DNA of 64,000 nucleotides, from assembly GCA_046759445.1 (NCBI GenBank), contig JBHICG010000003.1, forward strand, positions 51,731-115,730, written 5' to 3'. The number at the start of each line of letters is the position of its first letter. Position 1 is the first letter of the stretch. This DNA comes from Candidatus Scalinduaceae bacterium (GTDB taxonomy: Bacteria; Planctomycetota; Brocadiia; Brocadiales; Scalinduaceae). The translations under genes and the position numbers were made by a program. Below, in pieces: positions 63,758-64,000 of this stretch. The notes beneath the pieces were generated by a model, which was given only the letters and a program-made list of their open reading frames with translations, made no database searches and was not told where the DNA came from.

Positions 63758-64000
63758 GAATTCTTTACTTAAAAGGTAAAGAAAAAATTTATAGAAGAAC
63801 AGATATTTTCAATGCCTTATATTCATTTCGCAACAAGAATCGCTCAATTTAAGTAAAACCTGATTTAGTTAATAAAGTAAATTATTTATTCAGTGGGCTT
63901 TTTTACGCCCAGAATTTTTTTTGATGCAGCATGGATATAGATCATTGTAGTGTGCAGATATTTATAATGCAAAAACAAATAATCTGTCAAGTTTTTTACA

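Overview
AT-rich chromosome segment from a diderm bacterium (it has L- and P-ring genes). The gene content and repeat style suggest an anammox-type Brocadiia/Planctomycetota, but this is an inference that cannot be confirmed from the window. Left to right it contains: (1) a c-di-GMP block (5'-truncated GGDEF gene, GAF + degenerate HD-GYP, intact HD-GYP coupled to a glucosyl/mannosylglycerate-synthase-like GT); (2) a filament locus fliC - four-helix-bundle - small orf - fliD - fliS - fliT-like; (3) a ~16-kb minus-strand island of mostly TPR-fused glycosyl/methyltransferases running into fliC, probably for flagellin glycosylation, which includes an exostosin/EXT1-like GT47; (4) two lipoproteins, then fliK-flgD-flgE and flgFGAHIJ-flgNKL-fliW-csrA; (5) a second glycan-modification locus (LapG-like peptidase, WbpB-WbpD fusion, GT-C, polyprenol-P GT2 + DUF2304, three radical SAM enzymes); (6) agmatinase. 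A regulatory hierarchy can be read from the DNA: up to six sigma54 -24/-12 promoters with a candidate shared enhancer, a perfect sigma28 promoter and CsrA hairpin at fliC, and a second sigma28-like promoter on the HD-GYP operon. Intergenic DNA holds many REP/MITE-like palindromic families that nest inside each other, supply stop codons and ribosome-binding sites, bracket a decayed cargo gene, and are twice translated in frame inside a 1403-aa glycosyltransferase. No rRNA, tRNA, CRISPR array, transposase or reverse transcriptase was recognised.
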